From an uncultured bacterium (GTDB taxonomy: Bacteria > Acidobacteriota > HRBIN11 > JAKEFK01), in NCBI GenBank assembly GCA_963771165.1, contig CAVYSN010000021.1:264502-328501 (forward strand): a DNA stretch of 64,000 nucleotides, given 5' to 3'. How positions within the stretch are numbered: position 1 is the stretch's first letter; every line of letters starts with the position of its first letter. The position numbers were made by a program, and so were the translations under genes. This document shows positions 60,617-64,000 of the stretch, piece after piece. The notes beneath the pieces are model-generated. The model made no database searches. It was not told the DNA's origin and worked only from the letters and a program-made list of their open reading frames with translations.

Positions 60617-62243
60617 GTGCTGCGTTTTGCATTGACCTGTGAACAGATTTCAAAGACAACAAGAAAGCTTGAGAAGGAAAAAATCCTTGCAGGTTATTTG
60701 CGCGAACTCGCAGACGAAGATCTGGCAATTGCCTGCTATCTTTATGACCGGTTATCCGTTCGCTTTAAAAGATCAAAGGGTAACGAACGTAGGCTATGCT
60801 GCAATCCGTGATGCCTTGGAAGACGTGGAGCGCGGCTCAACGGACAGGCTCGGCCCTCCTGCTGTTGCGAACAGGAGATCTTGGTTCAGCCATCGAAGAA
60901 TTATTTCAACAAAAGAAACGCGAGCCTGTCTCTGACCTTAAAACATGTTAGATCGTACTACGAGAAGCTTACTACAATTTCGAGTCAACGTGAAAAACGG
61001 GCCATTCTTAGCGAAATGCTTGTCGAGAGCCACACCTCTGGAGGCCAAAGTATTTGATCAAGGTTCTGGGGAACGGGATGAGGATCGGGCTGCAGGAAGG
61101 TCTGGTGGAATCATCGATCGCAAAGGCTTTCGAGCAGCCGCTTGCGAAAGTGCAGTATGCCAACATGTTGCTGGGAGATATCGGCGAAACCGCTATCCTT
61201 GCCCGCTATTCGCGCCTTGACGATGCGCGCATGAAGCTTCTTCATCCGATCAAGCCGATGCTGGCTTCCGTGGAGGAGGATCCGGAAAAGATCCTCGAAT
61301 CGATGGAAGCGCGTGGTTTGGCAGAAGACAAATATGACGGTATTCGCGCACAGGTCCACAAGGAAGATCAGGAGATAAAGATTTTTTCGCGCGATCTGGA
61401 CGATATCACTCATTCTTTTCCTGATGTTGTTGAGAAAATGATAACGCTCCCTCATTCCTTCTTGATGGATGGAGAAATTGTTCCCTACAAAGAGGAACGG
61501 ATTCTGAGTTTCGGCTCTGTTGCAAAATCGTCTTGGCAGGAAAGCGCTTTCCAGTGCAATGTTGGAGCAGATTCCATGTCGTTATTTCGCTTTTGATCTT
61601 GTTATTTCTGGATGAGAATCTGCTGATCGACTTGCCGCTTCAGGAAAGGCGTAATCAATTGTTCAGGCTTCAAAACCTGTATTCCGCGCCATTTTCAATT
61701 TCAGAACAGCGAACCATCCGGACGGTGGATGAACTCGAAGCCTGTTTTGACGCTTCAAGAGGCCGCAACAATGAGGGGCTTGTGATTAAGCATCCCGATT
61801 CGCCGTACAAGCCTGGAAAAAGGGGTAAACAATGGCTCAAGCTGAAACGTGCGCTTGTGACACTTGATGTGGTTGTTGTCGCCGCTGAATACGGGCATGG
61901 CAAACGGGCCGGACTTCTTTCCGATTACACATTCTCAGTGCAGCATCAGGGGAAACTTCTCACAATCGGGAAAGCGTATTCCGGAATTACGGACAAGGAA
62001 CTGTTTCAATTGTCGGAATTATTTCACAAAATTTCCATTCGTGATGAAGGATTCATGCATTTCGTGCCGCCGCAAGTTGTGTTCGAAGTCACTTTTGACA
62101 GAATCAATCGCAGTGATCGCCACACAAGCGGTTTTGCTTTGCGTTTTCCGCGAATTAAAAGCATTCGATGGGACAAAAAACCTGAAGAGATCGATACGCT
62201 TGAGACAGTGGAGAAGCTTTACCAAGCCCAGGAACAAAACTGA
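60617..62243 (+). pseudogene. ATP-dependent DNA ligase (Lig1/Cdc9-like), about 7 frameshifts
   Basis: Adenylation motif EDKYDGIRAQVH plus an OB-domain and conserved C-terminus. The segments sit in alternating frames, with junctions near 60744, 60830, 60933, 61020, 61050, 61516 and 61598. Confidence 0.8.
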
Positions 62244-62283
62244 GAATTCAATAACCGAGTCCGTATCGATCGGGTAATTTTGT

Positions 62284-62679
62284 TCACAAGAACGTGTGAC
62301 CTTGATGTACGTCACGAATCACGCGGATCAATTTTTCACGAGCTGTGTCTTTTAGAAGATAGGCGGCGGCACCGGCCTGCATACTCTTTTGTATATCTTC
62401 AGGGAAATCGTAAGCGCTCAACATAATGAAGCGAGCATCCGGATGTTGTCTGCGAATTGCGTGAACGGCATCGATGCCATTCATTCCCGGCATACTCAAA
62501 TCCATGAGGGTCACATCCGGAGCAATTTTTTCGTAAGAGGTCACGGCGATCTGGCCATTGGCGGCCTCGGCTACGACTTGCATGTCCGGTTGGATGTTGA
62601 TGAGCCGGGTCATCGCCTCGCGAACAAGGCTATGGTTATCGACGACGAGAATCCTAATTGGCTTTGTTTCTTGCATCAC
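62284..62679 (-). CDS. stand-alone response-regulator receiver domain (NarL-type receiver without HTH)
   Basis: RILVVDNH...DVTLMDLSMPGMNG, 131 aa. There is no room for an output domain before the next gene. Confidence 0.8.
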   Translation of the reverse strand: MMQETKPIRILVVDNHSLVREAMTRLINIQPDMQVVAEAANGQIAVTSYEKIAPDVTLMDLSMPGMNGIDAVHAIRRQHPDARFIMLSAYDFPEDIQKSMQAGAAAYLLKDTAREKLIRVIRDVHQGHTFL

Positions 62680-62803
62680 AAATTTAACCCGCGCTAAGAA
62701 TATACAAAGCAGCGGCGTACTTCATGTCTCGCAGGTTGGAATCAGAATACCCAAGCTAGTGCAGCGGCAGGTCTAACTTAAGTTATAGAAAAATCTCTAA
62801 CCA

Positions 62804-62884
62804 GGCTTTAACGCAAAGACGCCACGACGCAAAGATTTTAAAAATATTATTTCTTTGCGGCGTTGCATCTTTGCGTTAAAGGGC
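62804..62884. repeat. Family-B hairpin repeat
   Basis: acgcaaag acgccacg acgcaaag ... ctttgcgg cgttgcat ctttgcgt. It abuts the stop of the LuxR-type regulator. Confidence 0.85.
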
Positions 62885-63517
62885 TATTCCAGGCGGACGA
62901 GGCCGCGTTTCAGGGCCACAGAAACGGCCTGAGTGCGGTCTGTGACGTTGAGTTTGGAAAGGATATTGTTGACATGGGATTTGACGGTGCCCTCGGATAT
63001 TCCGAGCTGATCTCCAATTTCCTTGTTGCTGTTGCCTTTCACTATCAGTTTCAGCACTTCAAATTCACGTGAGGTCAGCTCATTGCCGCCGACCCTTTCC
63101 GCTAAACGGGTGGCAACGTTGGGCAGGTATGCAGCGTTCGCCGTTATGCACTCGAAGGATTGCGGAGATCAATTCATTGCGTGGGGAATCTTTCAATAAG
63201 TAACCGCGGGCGCCGGCTTGAATGGCCTTATAGATATCTTCTTCGTGATCAAAACTGCTCAATATGATGATTCGTGCGTTCGTGAATTCATTTCGAATGC
63301 TTTCGATTGCCTGTGCGCCGCTCATGTCGGGCATTCGCATATCCATGAGGGTGATGTCGGGACGAACTTTGCGATACAACTGCATTGCTTCTTGTGCGGA
63401 TCCCGCTTCACCAACCAGTTCCATCTTTTTATCGGTGCTGATAATTCTAGCAATGCCTTCGCGAACGACGGGATGGTCGTCCACAATCATCACTCGTATC
63501 AGTTCGGATTTCGACAT
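62884..63517 (-). pseudogene. NarL/FixJ (LuxR-HTH) response regulator, one frameshift
   Basis: Receiver domain (track ORF 63080..63517) followed in another frame by ..[43 protein letters not shown]. Junction near 63130. Confidence 0.8.
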
Positions 63518-63593
63518 ATTAAGCCTTCATGATATCCGGAACGATCTAATCTATTCCATTCTATACAAACGGCTGGTTCTGTAAAATGGTTAG

Positions 63594-64000
63594 ATGAATA
63601 TTTCCACAGCAACGCAGCCCGGGCAGGTGGCAGCCTTCCATGAGATCAAGTGGCAATGGCGCAAAAAACTTGTCGAAGGAAAATTTTACGCGGAAGGGGA
63701 GCAGGTCATTTGTCGCTTACTCCAATCGTCGGTTGAAATCCTGTCGATGTTGATGACACCCGAGTATCTTGAGCAGTGGAAAGACGTGATTGCCTTACGA
63801 AAAGATTCGATCGGCACCATCTGGATTACGGAAAAGAACTGGATGGAAAGAAATACAGGACAAAAATTGAATCAAGGATGTTTAGCCATAGGGAGGATTC
63901 CTGAGCCGCCACCGCTGCAAAGTTTTCTTGACTGCAGGTTCTTGCTGCTTTTTAGCTCTGGATGGACTCGATCATGCAGTCAACGTTGGAGCCATCGTGC
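63594..64000 (+). pseudogene. TrmH/SpoU-family RNA methyltransferase, 5' part (runs off window), one frameshift
   Basis: MNISTATQ... with a substrate-binding N-domain. After the T5 run near 63948 the conserved LDGLDHAVNVGAIV motif is in the next frame. Confidence 0.6.

Overview
64-kb bacterial chromosomal window with Gram-negative-type envelope genes (Mla, FabZ, PBP1A) and a sigma54 activator. The lineage cannot be assigned from sequence alone. Content is mostly housekeeping: purA, hutH/hutU, dcd, recG, a dGTPase-like gene, rpsU, an icd-mdh-sucC-sucD-ndk block, mlaEFD, a NusG paralogue followed by cysQ and sat/cysC (PAPS synthesis), PBP1A, SppA, FabZ and an IlvE-like aminotransferase. There is one IS110-family insertion sequence. 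I recognised no rRNA, tRNA or CRISPR array. Three things stand out. (1) Most gene 3' ends are followed by hairpin repeats whose arms are tandem 6-, 7-, 8- or 9-nt units; I count at least nine sequence families and about 20 copies, and several contain or abut stop codons. (2) About 28 frame disruptions fall in 12 genes (about 16 kb), while about 43 kb of other coding sequence is intact. (3) The non-coding leader of the IS110 transposase carries short guide-like matches to the element's own junctions. These matches converge on a GT dinucleotide and predict a repeat-derived target, as expected for a bridge-RNA element. Secondary items are a TetR-controlled acyltransferase / FAD-dehydrogenase / DegT-aminotransferase operon, an overlapping Toprim-dcd gene pair, an IlvE-CoA-binding fusion ORF and a MoaD-MoaE fusion with two lesions. 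All family assignments come from motif recognition by eye; no database search was run.
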